Of a stretch of DNA of 64,000 nucleotides, positions 1 to 11,043 are shown in pieces; the first letter of the stretch is position 1; each line of letters begins with the position of its first letter. The translations under genes were made by a program, and so were the position numbers. The notes beneath the pieces are model-generated. The model was not told where the DNA came from, did not search any database, and was given only the letters and a program-made list of their open reading frames with translations. This DNA is from a bacterium (GTDB lineage Bacteria; SAR324; NAC60-12). Where the stretch lies: contig CBDBHR010000003.1 in the NCBI GenBank assembly GCA_965205865.1, positions 32,001-96,000 of the forward strand, read 5' to 3'.

Positions 1-1150
1 GGAACAATTCTTCTCTGACTTGTCGATTTAATTTTTTTGCGGCTCGATGTCGCGCAGCAGACAAAATATGAGATTGATGCTCCAAGGCTGCTTTGGAGGC
101 TTCCGTCTTTTCATGGAGCGTTTTTTCACTTTTTTCCGGATTTTCCAATTGATCCAGTTTTTCAGTGATTTGTTGCAAATACTCCAGAAGTTCAGGAATG
201 GAACGAGCATATTTACGCTTCAGCGTTTGAATTTGACTGAGCCTTTGATTGGTCCATTCCAAGCGTTGCGGGTTTTCCAGATATCGGGAGGCATATTTAC
301 CGAAACCACGGCGTAAATCCTCAATCTCAAGCAAACAATCTTCCAATGTTTGGCGAAAGTCCGTACATTCAGGGTCTACTTTTTCGGCCTCTTGTAAGGA
401 TTGTCGAATGACACCAAGACGTTCCACGAGCGAACCGTCCTGGTCATAGAGCACCTCTTGGGCTTCTGCAAATATCAAAGACAATTTAGTGGCATTGCTC
501 AAAATTTGCGCATCCCGGGTCAGAACTTCTTCTTCATCTACTTTTAAGTCCATCTCTTTGATTTCTTTTTGCCGGAACAAAAGTTCTTCAATTTGCCGGG
601 AATCTTCTCTAAGCTGTTGTTTGAAAGTCTCGTATGCCTTCAAATCCTGTTGAAAAATGTGATATGATGTTTTGACAGTGTTGCGTAAATCCATCAAATG
701 TCCAAAACCGTCGAGAAAGTCAACGTGGGATGAGACTTGCAGCAATGCTTGATTGTCATGCTGACCGTGGATGGTGACCAGTAATTTTCCTAATTCTTCA
801 AGAGTGATTCGGGTGACTGCCACTTCATTGAGAAAATTTTTTTGCCGATTGTTAACCTGAAGGACACGTCTGATGATCAATTCCGATTCGAATGGAATAT
901 CTATTTTTTGCAGCGTCAACTGTACGTTGGTCAAATTGCTGATATCAAAAATTGCCTCGACCAATGCTTGCGATTGACCGGATCGGATCAGTGAGTAATC
1001 GGCTTTTTTGCCCGTAATGAAATGGAGGGCATCGATGATAATGGATTTGCCTGCTCCGGTTTCCCCCGTTAAAATGGAGAATCCCTGTTCAAATTCAATT
1101 TCAATCTGCCGAATCGTGGCTAAATTATTAATCTTGAGGCGCAGTAACAT
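1..1150 (-). CDS. recN: DNA repair protein RecN (5' part; runs off the window edge)
   Basis: Manual translation from ATG at 1150: MLLRLKINNLATIRQIEIEFEQGFSILTGETGAGKSIIIDAL (Walker A), later TIHGQHDNQALL. Not in the ORF track because there is no stop in the window. Confidence 0.93.
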   Translation of the reverse strand, partial: MLLRLKINNLATIRQIEIEFEQGFSILTGETGAGKSIIIDALHFITGKKADYSLIRSGQSQALVEAIFDISNLTNVQLTLQKIDIPFESELIIRRVLQVNNRQKNFLNEVAVTRITLEELGKLLVTIHGQHDNQALLQVSSHVDFLDGFGHLMDLRNTVKTSYHIFQQDLKAYETFKQQLREDSRQIEELLFRQKEIKEMDLKVDEEEVLTRDAQILSNATKLSLIFAEAQEVLYDQDGSLVERLGVIRQSLQEAEKVDPECTDFRQTLEDCLLEIEDLRRGFGKYASRYLENPQRLEWTNQRLSQIQTLKRKYARSIPELLEYLQQITEKLDQLENPEKSEKTLHEKTEASKAALEHQSHILSAARHRAAKKLNRQVREELF

Positions 1151-1525
1151 GAGGGTTGGCGGTTAAGAACGTTGACGAAGGGCAACTGATATTTCCAAAA
1201 ACAAAACCTGGTAATGTGTTGCGCGAGTTAAAGATTTAGATGGAATAATGGCGTTTTTGGGTTGCTTGGAAAATTAGAGAATCAACCGGGTAAGGACGGA
1301 GTTCAAGGAGTAACTGACTGATCTCTAACATAGGGGGTTGCCGTTTACAAGGTTATTCCCTTTCATAGAGCGTTTCTTCCCTGCCGTTTTATCCAGCAAA
1401 CTCGTATATTAACCTGGACTTTGATTTCAATTAATTATATCAGTCACTTGTTGTTTTTTGCATTTGAAGAAACCGGTCAAATTTCGGGATACTCAATGCT
1501 GTCCAATATATAGGAGGAATTGTTT

Positions 1526-2614
1526 ATGGGAGATAGTTTAGGACAACTTTTTCGAATTACTACATGGGGGGAATCTCATGGTGGAGGAGTCGGAGTTGTC
1601 ATTGATGGTTGTCCTGCTGGTTTGCCCATCAGTGAAGAAGAAATTCAATTTGAATTGGACCGTCGAAAACCTGGACAAAGCCGGATCACTTCACATAGAA
1701 AAGAAAGCGACGTGGCACAGTTGCTTTCCGGGGTTTTTGAAGGGGCAACCGTGGGAACGGCTATTTCTATCATGGTTTGGAATAAGGATGTTCGTTCCAA
1801 GGACTATGAAGCATTGAAGGATCTCTATCGACCGAGTCACGCTGACTATACTTATGAAGCCCGTTATGGTCTCCGCAACTGGCAGGGAGGAGGGCGGGCG
1901 AGTGCTCGTGAAACCATAGGACGGGTAGCGGCAGGAGCGATTGCAAAAAAAATCTTAAAGCTGCACTGCGGCATCGAAACCTTGGCGTACGTGACTCAAA
2001 TCCATGATATCAAAGCACAAATTAAGCGAAAAAGTGTGACCTTTGAGCAGATAGAAAATAATATCGTCCGTTGTCCTGATGAAGCATGTGCGCCCTTGAT
2101 GATTCAACGCATTGAAGAGGCGCGAAAAGCGGGAGACAGTGTGGGAGGCATTCTTGGTGTTCTCGTTCGAAATACGCCTGCAGGATGGGGAGATCCGATA
2201 TTCGACAAACTCAGCGCCGACTTTTCCAAAGCTATCATGTCCCTTCCCGCAACACGGGGGATTGAATTTGGATTAGGATTCGACTCGGTTTATTGGACCG
2301 GTTCTCAACACAATGATCCTTTTGTTTTTAAAGACAAACGGGTGCGAACCCGGACAAATCATTCCGGAGGAATTCAAGGCGGGATTTCAAATGGCGAAGA
2401 TATTCATATGCGGGTCGCTTTCAAACCCACTGCCACGATCAATTTTGAGCAGGATACGATAACACGCGAAGGGAAAGCAATCAAATTGAAAGCCAAAGGA
2501 CGGCACGACCCTTGTGTTCTGCCTCGTGCAGTGCCCATGGTGGAAGCTATGGTGAATTTAGTGTTAGCGGATCATTTTTTACGAAGTTTGTCCAAAAAGA
2601 ATCAAAATCTTTAA
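1526..2614 (+). CDS. aroC: Chorismate synthase
   Basis: [23 protein letters not shown] and GRHDPCV signatures; AGGAGG RBS upstream of ATG 1526. Confidence 0.97.
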   Translation: MGDSLGQLFRITTWGESHGGGVGVVIDGCPAGLPISEEEIQFELDRRKPGQSRITSHRKESDVAQLLSGVFEGATVGTAISIMVWNKDVRSKDYEALKDLYRPSHADYTYEARYGLRNWQGGGRASARETIGRVAAGAIAKKILKLHCGIETLAYVTQIHDIKAQIKRKSVTFEQIENNIVRCPDEACAPLMIQRIEEARKAGDSVGGILGVLVRNTPAGWGDPIFDKLSADFSKAIMSLPATRGIEFGLGFDSVYWTGSQHNDPFVFKDKRVRTRTNHSGGIQGGISNGEDIHMRVAFKPTATINFEQDTITREGKAIKLKAKGRHDPCVLPRAVPMVEAMVNLVLADHFLRSLSKKNQNL

Positions 2615-2830
2615 TTTGATGTGAAAAGCAATTGAATTATAATCCTTTGGTACCAGCCTTGCTTGCAAAAAAAGTGGACTTATGTCAACCTACCTTTGGA
2701 GAGTGTCATGGAAAGAGACTACGAAAAGAAGGATTCTTTTTATCCAATTTATCTGGTCATCTCAGGATTTCTGCTATTTGCTGTTTCGGTTTTGATTCAA
2801 ATCGCAATCATTTCTTCTTAGTAATCCTTT

Positions 2831-3790
2831 GTGCACTATGATGTGTTTAATGGGGATGCAGATGGGATTTGCGCGTTGCATCAGTTGAGATTGGCGGTTC
2901 CTCTGGAGAGTGAACTGATTACCGGTGTCAAACGTGACGTAACTTTGCTGCAACGTCTATCTGGGATAGTGGGCAGCACAATCACCGTACTAGACATTTC
3001 AATGGATACGAACAGGGCCGGCTTGCTGGAACTGCTTCGCTGCCGAAATAAAGTTCAATATTTTGATCATCATTATGCAGGAGAAATTCCTGTTTCCCCA
3101 AGATTGGATGTTATTATTGACACGGCTCCCGACATTTGCACAAGTATATTGGTGGATTGTTTTCTACAAGGCCGCTATCGGGCTTGGGCAATAGCAGCTG
3201 CTTTTGGAGACAATCTCCACACGCCTGCTTGGAAATTAGCAGAATCTCTGGCATTGCCGGATTTTCAAGCGCAACAGCTTTGCGAACTAGGTGAGTTGAT
3301 CAATTACAACAGTTATGGAGAAAAAATCACAGATCTCCATTTTTCTCCCATTACCTTGTACCAGGCACTGAAATCCTTCGAAGACCCCTTGGAGTTTTAT
3401 CACCACTCGGAAGTTTTATCTAAATTGAAGCGTTACTATGCAGAAGATTTGGAAAATGCCAAGTCCTGTTCCCCTTTTCAGCAAAGCGCGGCCGGTTTCG
3501 TTTACCAATTCCCTGCGCAATGCTGGAGTATACGGATTGCAGGCGTGTTCTGCAACATTGTTGCTCGTGAAGAACCGGAAAGAGCCCATGCCTTGTTAGT
3601 AGATAAGGGAGATGGAAGCTATTTGGTGAGTGTTCGTGCTCCAGTGAATCGGCCCTTCGGGGCTGATAACTTGTGTCAAGCTTTTGAAACTGGGGGAGGA
3701 AGAAAGGCTGCTGCAGGGATTAATAAGCTCCCCGACGGGGAGATTGAGCGATTTTTAAAGCACTTCGAAGCAGTTTTTACGTATGCTTGA
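2831..3790 (+). CDS. DHH-family phosphoesterase-like protein
   Basis: DVFNGDADG, YFDHH and C-terminal GGGRKAAAG motifs. Confidence 0.8.
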   Translation: MHYDVFNGDADGICALHQLRLAVPLESELITGVKRDVTLLQRLSGIVGSTITVLDISMDTNRAGLLELLRCRNKVQYFDHHYAGEIPVSPRLDVIIDTAPDICTSILVDCFLQGRYRAWAIAAAFGDNLHTPAWKLAESLALPDFQAQQLCELGELINYNSYGEKITDLHFSPITLYQALKSFEDPLEFYHHSEVLSKLKRYYAEDLENAKSCSPFQQSAAGFVYQFPAQCWSIRIAGVFCNIVAREEPERAHALLVDKGDGSYLVSVRAPVNRPFGADNLCQAFETGGGRKAAAGINKLPDGEIERFLKHFEAVFTYA

Positions 3791-3821
3791 TGATTAAAAA
3801 TCCCCAAGTCTCTCAAATCCA

Positions 3822-5105
3822 TTGGATCATGATTTCCCTTCACCATTCATGAGATCTACTATGCAATATGGAAATTGGAGATGCGCTTATTTGCTCGCAG
3901 GAGGGTTGATCTCTCTGGTGAGTAGTGGATGCGGGTATAGCGAAAAGGAATACATGGCAAAAGTAAATAGGGCCAATGAATATCAACGCTTAGCACAACA
4001 AAGACAAGCAGCCCTGGTGACCAATGAAAAAAAAGTGAAGTTTTTAGAAAATGCCTTGCAAACGTTCCAGAAGAATCTGGCGATCGCGCAAACGGAGAAG
4101 AAGCGGGAAACTGAACAAAATAAAATCAATAAATTACATTTGGACCAGAGCAGAGAAGCGTTGAAAAAAATAAGCGCGCAATTGGAAAACACCGAGGGCC
4201 GTTTGGCAAGCATGGAAAAAAATTTGGAGGAAGCATACCAAGAGCTTGCAAAAACAAATAATCAACTGAAGAGGAGAGATATCCATCTGCAACAGACGAA
4301 CATCCAACTACGAGAGAAAGACGCGCAACTGCAAACCAAAGAACGCCAACTCAGCGAAAACGCAAGCCAACTACAAAGCATCCGGCTTCAGTTCCAAGAA
4401 GTCGAGGAACGACTAACAATTGCCGGTAAGCAATTGGAAAAATCCATGAGCTTGAACAAGAATTTAGAGAAAAATGCCCAAGAGAATCTTCTGCAGATTA
4501 CCAGTATGGAACAAAAAGAAAAAAAACTGCAAAAGCAGGTCGATCAACTCAAAGAAAATGAACAGCATTTGAATGCCCAAATTCGGCAGTATGGAACAGC
4601 GTTGCATGCGGAAGAGGATGAAGCGAATACAGCACTGGAACTCCAGCAAATACTTGTGGCGTCACTGAGAGAACAGTTGGAGACAGACAAGGTTAAAATC
4701 TCTGAACTTTCCAATCGCATTGCCTTGCGTTTGGATGAAAGATTGCTATTCGATTCCGGACAAGTCTTTATCAAAGCAACGGGTTTCAAAGTGCTTAACA
4801 AAATCGGCGCAGTATTGAAAAAGATTGAAGATAAACATATTCAAGTCGAGGGACACACGGACAACTATCCAATAGGCACTAGTTTACATGGAATATTTGC
4901 GACCAATTGGGAACTTTCCGTAGCACGCGCAGTCAGTGTTGTCCGCTATTTAGTAGATGTGGTGAAAATTGAACCCCGTCGAATTTCCGCGGCCGGGTTC
5001 AGCTTCCATCAGTCTGTTGCTGATAATAAAACACCAGAAGGGAGGCAGATCAACCGGCGTGTGGAATTTACTCTCTTACCTCTGCGTATAAATGAAGGGG
5101 AATGA
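3822..5105 (+). CDS. OmpA/MotB-domain protein with long coiled coil, probable lipoprotein (start uncertain)
   Basis: Hydrophobic segment ending SSGC; heptad coiled coil; LLFDSG, VEGHTD, NWELSVARA and NRRVE OmpA_C motifs. Confidence 0.88.
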   Translation: MDHDFPSPFMRSTMQYGNWRCAYLLAGGLISLVSSGCGYSEKEYMAKVNRANEYQRLAQQRQAALVTNEKKVKFLENALQTFQKNLAIAQTEKKRETEQNKINKLHLDQSREALKKISAQLENTEGRLASMEKNLEEAYQELAKTNNQLKRRDIHLQQTNIQLREKDAQLQTKERQLSENASQLQSIRLQFQEVEERLTIAGKQLEKSMSLNKNLEKNAQENLLQITSMEQKEKKLQKQVDQLKENEQHLNAQIRQYGTALHAEEDEANTALELQQILVASLREQLETDKVKISELSNRIALRLDERLLFDSGQVFIKATGFKVLNKIGAVLKKIEDKHIQVEGHTDNYPIGTSLHGIFATNWELSVARAVSVVRYLVDVVKIEPRRISAAGFSFHQSVADNKTPEGRQINRRVEFTLLPLRINEGE

Positions 5106-5190
5106 AGGGAACGTAATCAAAAATGTCAAGGTGCCTTGCAGGTAATAGGAATCCTAATTTGCTTTTCTTCATGAAAGAATACAGGCGAGA

Positions 5191-7575
5191 ATGTTCACAT
5201 TACTCAAATTGATGCTCAAAGTCATCAAATGGTTTGCGATCATCACTTGCTTTGCCTCAATTGCAGTCGCAATTTCTGCTGGGTATGTTCGATATCTGTT
5301 GAATGAAGAATTGCCACAAGACCTCAGGGAATACCACCGGCCCAAAGAAGCCTTTCCCACAGTCGTTTTTGACCGGCATGGAAACCGGATTGACGAAATT
5401 TTCATCCATCGCAGAATTGTTGTCCCTTTTGAGCAATTCCCCCCCTATCTGATCCAGGCTTTACTTGCCAGCGAGGATACCCGATTTTTTTCCCATTTCG
5501 GCATCGATCCGGTTCGCATACTGGAAGCGTTTTGGAGCAATATCAACGCAACACGTTCTGTCGAGGGATCTAGCACCTTGACCCAACAAACTGCCCGTCT
5601 CTTTTTAATGAAGAAGGAAGGGAAACCGATTCGCAAATTTAAGGAAATTTTGCTGGCACTCCAAATTGAGCAGCAATTTTCCAAGGAAGCCATCCTCTCC
5701 CTGTATTTAAATAAAATTTTTTTAGGCAATGCGGAAGGGGTTGAATCAGCCTCACAGGGATATTTTGGTAAACATGCCAAAGAGTTGGGCTTGGCGGAAA
5801 GCGCGTTGTTGGTAGGATTACTGCCTGCACCTTCGATTTACGCTCCTACGATAAATTCAATTCTCGCAAAGGTGCGCAGGGATTTAGTTTTGGATCGTAT
5901 GTTCGAAGAAGGGTATATCACAGAAGAAGAACGGAAATCTGCTGTTAAAGAACCAATCCAACTCAGGAGAAATTATGATTCTGATTCTGCTGCAACTGCC
6001 TACTATGTCGAGCACGTTCGCAAGGACCTGCTGCATCGGTTTGACTCTGAAATCTTGTATAGAGGCGGGCTTCGGGTCCATATAGCAATGGATCTGGAAT
6101 ATCAGGTTTATGCGCACGAAGCTTTACAAAAAGGAATTTTGGAGTTGAGCAGACGTCAAGGATTTCGCGAACCGTCGGAACGAATAAAAATGAATTTGCA
6201 AGGGTTACTACCCCCAAGCGAAATTCATCGCGTGACCCATAAGAATCAAATAATTCTGGGAAGCATCATTCAGGGAGTTGTCACTCGAGTATCCAAAGAA
6301 AACACCGTAGTGAATTTAGGGTCTGTAGAAGGTTATCTGGAATGGGCCAATCTCAAAAAATGGAAACTGTGGAGATTGGCACAAAACAGACGTGTGGTTT
6401 CAGTCAATAATCCTTCCCAAATTTTGCAGGCAGGGGATGTCATCCAGGTGAAATTGGAGGACTGGGACCCGGCAAGTGAGCAGTTTCGTCTTACACTCCA
6501 CCAAGAGCCTCTGGTCAATGGCGCGATTTTCTCTGTTGATCCACAGAGCGGAGAGGTTTTGGCCATGTCGGGAGGGTACCTGTATGATCAAAGTGAGTTC
6601 AATCGGGCTATTCAGGCGAAGCGTCAACCTGGTTCCTTATTCAAACCCATCATATACGCTTCCGCGCTGGATGCAGGATACACGTTGGCCAGCATTCTCG
6701 TCGACAGCCCCCGTCTTTATAAGGCTGAATCAGACGATTGGGAGGAGGATTCTTTGACTCTAAAGAATCATGGAGATACGTTGTTGGGCAATGTTTCTTT
6801 GCGTACCGCTCTTGTAAAAAATCTCGATCTTCCAACGATTGGCTTAGTGGAAGATCTTAAACCCAAGCGAATTATCGATTATGCCAGAAAGTTGGGAATT
6901 TCTGCTGAAATGAAGAATAATCTGACGATTGCTTTGGGATCTTTTTCGACGACTCTTCAGGAAATCGTCACGGCTTTTGGCGTTTTTGCCAATGAAGGGA
7001 CCATCACGATTCCAATCTATATCACTCGTGTGGAAGATCTCAATGGGGTTGTTTTGGAAGAAAATTTTCCCCGGAACAAGCCCGTGATTTCCAAAGAAAC
7101 CGCCTATTTGATTCTTGATGGCATGCGCGATGTCGTGGAACAGGGTAGCGGACAAATTGCCCGTAAAATAGAACGACCTTCTGCAGGAAAAACAGGAACA
7201 ACCCACAATAGCGTGAACGCCTGGTATATTGGTTTTATTCCTCAACTGGTCACCGGGGTTTATGTCGGATTTGACCAACCGACTCCCATGGAAACAGGCG
7301 AAACGGGAGCCAGAGCGGCGACGCCAATTTGGGTCGATTTCATGAAGTCTGTCACACGCGATCTGCCGTCTCAACGCTTTGCTCGGCCTCCTCAAATTGT
7401 TTCAGTAAAGATTCATAAATCCGGTCGTCGCGCCGGTCCTTGTGATCCGAGTGAAGAGACTTACTATGAACAGTTCAAACGGGGCACCGAGCCTTTGATA
7501 GATCCCGCCCTAGTCCAGCAGTGCAACTTGCGGCAGGAAACCCCTGACATTCAAAAAACCGATTTGGAATTGTAA
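5191..7575 (+). CDS. mrcA: Class A penicillin-binding protein (PBP1A family)
   Basis: Glycosyltransferase motifs SEDTRFFSHFGID, GSSTLTQQ, RKFKE; transpeptidase QPGSLFK and KTGT; OB-like insert. The SxN motif appears altered. Confidence 0.88.
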   Translation: MFTLLKLMLKVIKWFAIITCFASIAVAISAGYVRYLLNEELPQDLREYHRPKEAFPTVVFDRHGNRIDEIFIHRRIVVPFEQFPPYLIQALLASEDTRFFSHFGIDPVRILEAFWSNINATRSVEGSSTLTQQTARLFLMKKEGKPIRKFKEILLALQIEQQFSKEAILSLYLNKIFLGNAEGVESASQGYFGKHAKELGLAESALLVGLLPAPSIYAPTINSILAKVRRDLVLDRMFEEGYITEEERKSAVKEPIQLRRNYDSDSAATAYYVEHVRKDLLHRFDSEILYRGGLRVHIAMDLEYQVYAHEALQKGILELSRRQGFREPSERIKMNLQGLLPPSEIHRVTHKNQIILGSIIQGVVTRVSKENTVVNLGSVEGYLEWANLKKWKLWRLAQNRRVVSVNNPSQILQAGDVIQVKLEDWDPASEQFRLTLHQEPLVNGAIFSVDPQSGEVLAMSGGYLYDQSEFNRAIQAKRQPGSLFKPIIYASALDAGYTLASILVDSPRLYKAESDDWEEDSLTLKNHGDTLLGNVSLRTALVKNLDLPTIGLVEDLKPKRIIDYARKLGISAEMKNNLTIALGSFSTTLQEIVTAFGVFANEGTITIPIYITRVEDLNGVVLEENFPRNKPVISKETAYLILDGMRDVVEQGSGQIARKIERPSAGKTGTTHNSVNAWYIGFIPQLVTGVYVGFDQPTPMETGETGARAATPIWVDFMKSVTRDLPSQRFARPPQIVSVKIHKSGRRAGPCDPSEETYYEQFKRGTEPLIDPALVQQCNLRQETPDIQKTDLEL

Positions 7576-7614
7576 TCTGAAAAGAATGGAGAAAAACATC
7601 GTGGAGAAAAAGGA

Positions 7615-8727
7615 TTATTGTCCCTGCGCACGGATATATTCTATTTTATTTTGCCGAATATAGCTGATAGGCCGAACTGTAACATTCTTGACCACATTGG
7701 CTGATTCAAAAAATATCATTTGGAAGGGCACTTCCTGTTTCTCATTCAGCTTGAAATTTGAACTCTGTCGTCCGCTCTTATATGTATAAAAATCCTTAAT
7801 CTTTTCCAAACTCCAAGAGGAAATTTCTTGCTCCGTCAAAACATTGCCCGCATAGACAACAGAAGTTTCTGTAATCCTCCGATTTTCATCAAAAGCCAGA
7901 CCTTTGAGTTGAATCCAACCCACTTGATCAGAAGTTGGCAGGAGATTCCGTAATTTTCCTTCAACCACAAAAAGAGTTTGTCGGCTTGTAAAATTTCTTA
8001 CTTGCTTGCTGTCCAACTCTCCCCCAAAATGAACAGGAAATTCCCTGGGATTGAGAAGATGATCGACCAAGGATGGTTCTTTCAATATCAAATAAATGCT
8101 TGCCACCAACAGTGTTGTGAAGACCACCATAAAAGTCAGTAAAGCGATGGTTTTCTTTCCCCAATTGATTCCCGTGGGCTTGACAATTTCCTCTACCAAT
8201 GACAATGGGCTTTCTGGAAATTGGAAAGAAAAATCGCGAGACTGTTCAGAAGATGTTATTTTCGTTTCGGAATCCTCAGAAATTTGGGCTGGCACTGTTG
8301 ACGATGCAGAGGGAGTTGGCGGTTCGGAATCCTTCGGAGACTCCGGATTCACATTTGAGACAAAAGAATTTTCGTAATCCTTTTTACCTTTGGCAAGAGA
8401 AGATCCGGGCTCCACGGGAGATTCATCTCCTTTGGCAGATTCCAGATTTATTGCAGGCAATACATCCTTTTCTCCACTTTTCAACCCGGTGGCTTCAAAA
8501 TAAGCTTTTTCTGCATCTGAAAGAATAGAAGAAGACGCATCCAATTCTTCGGATTCACCAGAGTTTTGTGAGGATGCGGAAGGGAGTTTTTGAAATTTAA
8601 ATACCGTCTTGCATTTCGTGCATTTGACTTTTGAAACTTTTTCAGAAAATCGTGATTCGTGAACTCGATATTTTGTGCCACAATTGTCGCATCGAATCGA
8701 GATTTTAGCCTCTGAAGAAGAAATCAT
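7615..8727 (-). CDS. MJ0042-type zinc-ribbon membrane protein with DUF3426-like C-terminus
   Basis: N-terminal CDNC...VKCTKC, low-complexity linker, one TM helix, beta-rich C-terminus (LFVVEGKLRN, YAGNVL, VPFQMIF). Confidence 0.75.
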   Translation of the reverse strand: MISSSEAKISIRCDNCGTKYRVHESRFSEKVSKVKCTKCKTVFKFQKLPSASSQNSGESEELDASSSILSDAEKAYFEATGLKSGEKDVLPAINLESAKGDESPVEPGSSLAKGKKDYENSFVSNVNPESPKDSEPPTPSASSTVPAQISEDSETKITSSEQSRDFSFQFPESPLSLVEEIVKPTGINWGKKTIALLTFMVVFTTLLVASIYLILKEPSLVDHLLNPREFPVHFGGELDSKQVRNFTSRQTLFVVEGKLRNLLPTSDQVGWIQLKGLAFDENRRITETSVVYAGNVLTEQEISSWSLEKIKDFYTYKSGRQSSNFKLNEKQEVPFQMIFFESANVVKNVTVRPISYIRQNKIEYIRAQGQ

Positions 8728-9081
8728 AGCAACATCATTCTGTTCGTTAAAGAGATCCTCGAGAAAGATTTAATTTGCCGAAATTGTAACACATTTCAGG
8801 GGTATTTCAAATCCGGATCCCAGGTCGACCGAAGCCATTTCCCTTTTTTGTGTTGTTAACTTAGTTTTCAGTAGTGGATTTTTTCGAGAAATAATGATAG
8901 CCTTTATAGTTTTTCAAAATGCTAGACAAGCAGGTGCGTGTTGATCAAACAAGTTTACTCAATCTCTCAAAGGGATCTGCTGGCCAATGATGGCCTGTTA
9001 AGGTAGGGTTTCGTAGAGGGGTTGAATGGGATGCATGTCTGAGGGTTAATTTATCCGACCATTTGAATTGAGACGAAGCAT

Positions 9082-9396
9082 ATGTTTCCATTGATACCAG
9101 AGGCAATGGCGCAAAGTGTCGCAGGATCTCTGACTGAGAGTCCCCTTTTTGGGATGATTCCATTTGTTCTTATTTTTGTTGTTTTTTATTTCTTGCTGAT
9201 TCGCCCCCAGCAAAAAAAGCAAAAGGCCTTACAACAGATGATTCAAAATCTGCAAAAAGGAGACAAAGTGATTACAAGTGGAGGGGTCCACGGCACCATT
9301 TTCAAAATGGGAGAATTGGTGCTAACTTTGGAAGTGGCAGAAAAGGTTCGCATTCAGGTAGATCGTCAGCAGGTAGCTCGAGTCGTGGAGAAGTAG
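9082..9396 (+). CDS. yajC: Preprotein translocase subunit YajC
   Basis: FYFLLIRPQQKKQK and LQKGDKVITSGGVHG; directly upstream of secD. Confidence 0.96.
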   Translation: MFPLIPEAMAQSVAGSLTESPLFGMIPFVLIFVVFYFLLIRPQQKKQKALQQMIQNLQKGDKVITSGGVHGTIFKMGELVLTLEVAEKVRIQVDRQQVARVVEK

Positions 9397-9461
9397 TAGA
9401 TGACACTTCATCACTTGGAGAACATCTTCAATATATATAAACTTCAATTCGATACAGTTTT

Positions 9462-11033
9462 ATGGATTTACGTCTAAAAGGGTTGTTGATTTTTGCAGTT
9501 CTGGCAATCAGCGTTTACTATTGTTTTCCAACTTACATGGCCTATCGGGAAGGGGGCAATCCTCAGGAAGTGGATAAAAAAGTCAACCTGGGTTTGGATC
9601 TTCAAGGCGGCATGTACTTGGATATCGAAGTCATCATCGATGAGGCGGTTATCGCAGTCCTGCAAAGGACTGCTCAGGAGTTGGAAGATCTATTCATTGA
9701 CAACCAAGTGGATTATTTGAATATCGAAGTGATCCATAAAAACCAACTGCTCGTCGAGTTGGCAGCTGATGAAGTAGTGGATCTGGAAGACTCGCCTTAT
9801 GAGCGGTTTTTAGTTCAATTCGATCTGGAGCAAAATGCGGACCAGAAGATATTGACGTTGCAAGCTTCAGAAGCGGACCGCATTAAAAGAGGCGCCATAG
9901 AACTGGCATTGGAAGTAATAAGGAATCGTATTGACCAATTCGGTGTCACGGAACCAACAATCCAACGTCGGGGAGACAACAGCATATTGATTCAGTTGCC
10001 AGGTTTAACTGAACGAGAAAGAGCCATTGATCTGATTGGAACTACAGCCGTACTTCAATTTTTTCTGGTGGAAGATTACGCGACTGAAAATAATTACAAC
10101 CCCCAAACCTCCACTGTGAAATTCGAAGAAGAAATCGATCCTGCAACAAATGAAATTTTACGGCAAATCCCCTATGTCCTGGAAAAGAAACCGGTACTGA
10201 CAGGAGAATTCATTCGCGATGCTCAGGTACGGTTTGATCCTAACGACAACCAGCCCTACGTTGGTTTGTCCTTTGATTCTATTGGGGCAGATCGCTTTGC
10301 CAAAATTACCCAGAAAAATCGAGGACGCCGTTTAGCGATAGTCTTAGATGGCAAAGTCCAATCTGCTCCGGTTATTCGAGAAGCCATTACAGGCGGAGAG
10401 GCATCCATTTCGGGCTTATTCACCATCGACGAAGCCAGCAATCTGGCTTTAGTTCTGCGTTCAGGCGCATTGCCCGCCCCTATCGAGATTCGGGAGGAAC
10501 GCACTGTGGGAGCTAGTCTTGGGGAAGACTCGGTTCGGCAAGGATTGATTTCCTTACTGATCGGAGGGTTGATTGTGTTGATTTTCATGATGATCTATTA
10601 CCAGGTCTCCGGTGTGTTTGCCAATGCGGCGCTTCTATTCAATATTATCCTGGTGGTGTCCGTATTGGCAGGATTTGAAGCCACATTGACGCTTCCGGGG
10701 ATGGCAGGAATGGTCTTGACTCTGGGGATGGCAGTGGATGCCAATGTTTTAATCTTTGAACGGATTCGTGAGGAATTAAAACGTTACGGACATCCCCGTG
10801 CCGCAATCAATGAAGGATTCAGCAAAGCATTTTTAACAATTGTAGATGCCAATATTACAACGTTATTTGGAGCTTTGGCTTTATTGCAGTTTGGCAGAGG
10901 TCCGATCAAGGGCTTTGCTGTGACTTTGTCAATCGGAATTGTAGCTAGTATGTTTACTGCAATTGTGGTCACCCGCTTTCTGTTTGAAGTGATTTATTTG
11001 AACCGTAAGCAATTAAAAAGCATTAGTATATAA
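9462..11033 (+). CDS. secD: Protein translocase subunit SecD
   Basis: LGLDLQGG, RIDQFGVTEP, GMAVDANVLIFERIREE. Confidence 0.97.
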   Translation: MDLRLKGLLIFAVLAISVYYCFPTYMAYREGGNPQEVDKKVNLGLDLQGGMYLDIEVIIDEAVIAVLQRTAQELEDLFIDNQVDYLNIEVIHKNQLLVELAADEVVDLEDSPYERFLVQFDLEQNADQKILTLQASEADRIKRGAIELALEVIRNRIDQFGVTEPTIQRRGDNSILIQLPGLTERERAIDLIGTTAVLQFFLVEDYATENNYNPQTSTVKFEEEIDPATNEILRQIPYVLEKKPVLTGEFIRDAQVRFDPNDNQPYVGLSFDSIGADRFAKITQKNRGRRLAIVLDGKVQSAPVIREAITGGEASISGLFTIDEASNLALVLRSGALPAPIEIREERTVGASLGEDSVRQGLISLLIGGLIVLIFMMIYYQVSGVFANAALLFNIILVVSVLAGFEATLTLPGMAGMVLTLGMAVDANVLIFERIREELKRYGHPRAAINEGFSKAFLTIVDANITTLFGALALLQFGRGPIKGFAVTLSIGIVASMFTAIVVTRFLFEVIYLNRKQLKSISI

Positions 11034-11043
11034 AAGAGGATGA

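Noticed and set aside
28-449. Three short ORFs in the ORF track
   Set aside because: They are antisense or off-frame to recN, which covers 1-1150 on the minus strand.
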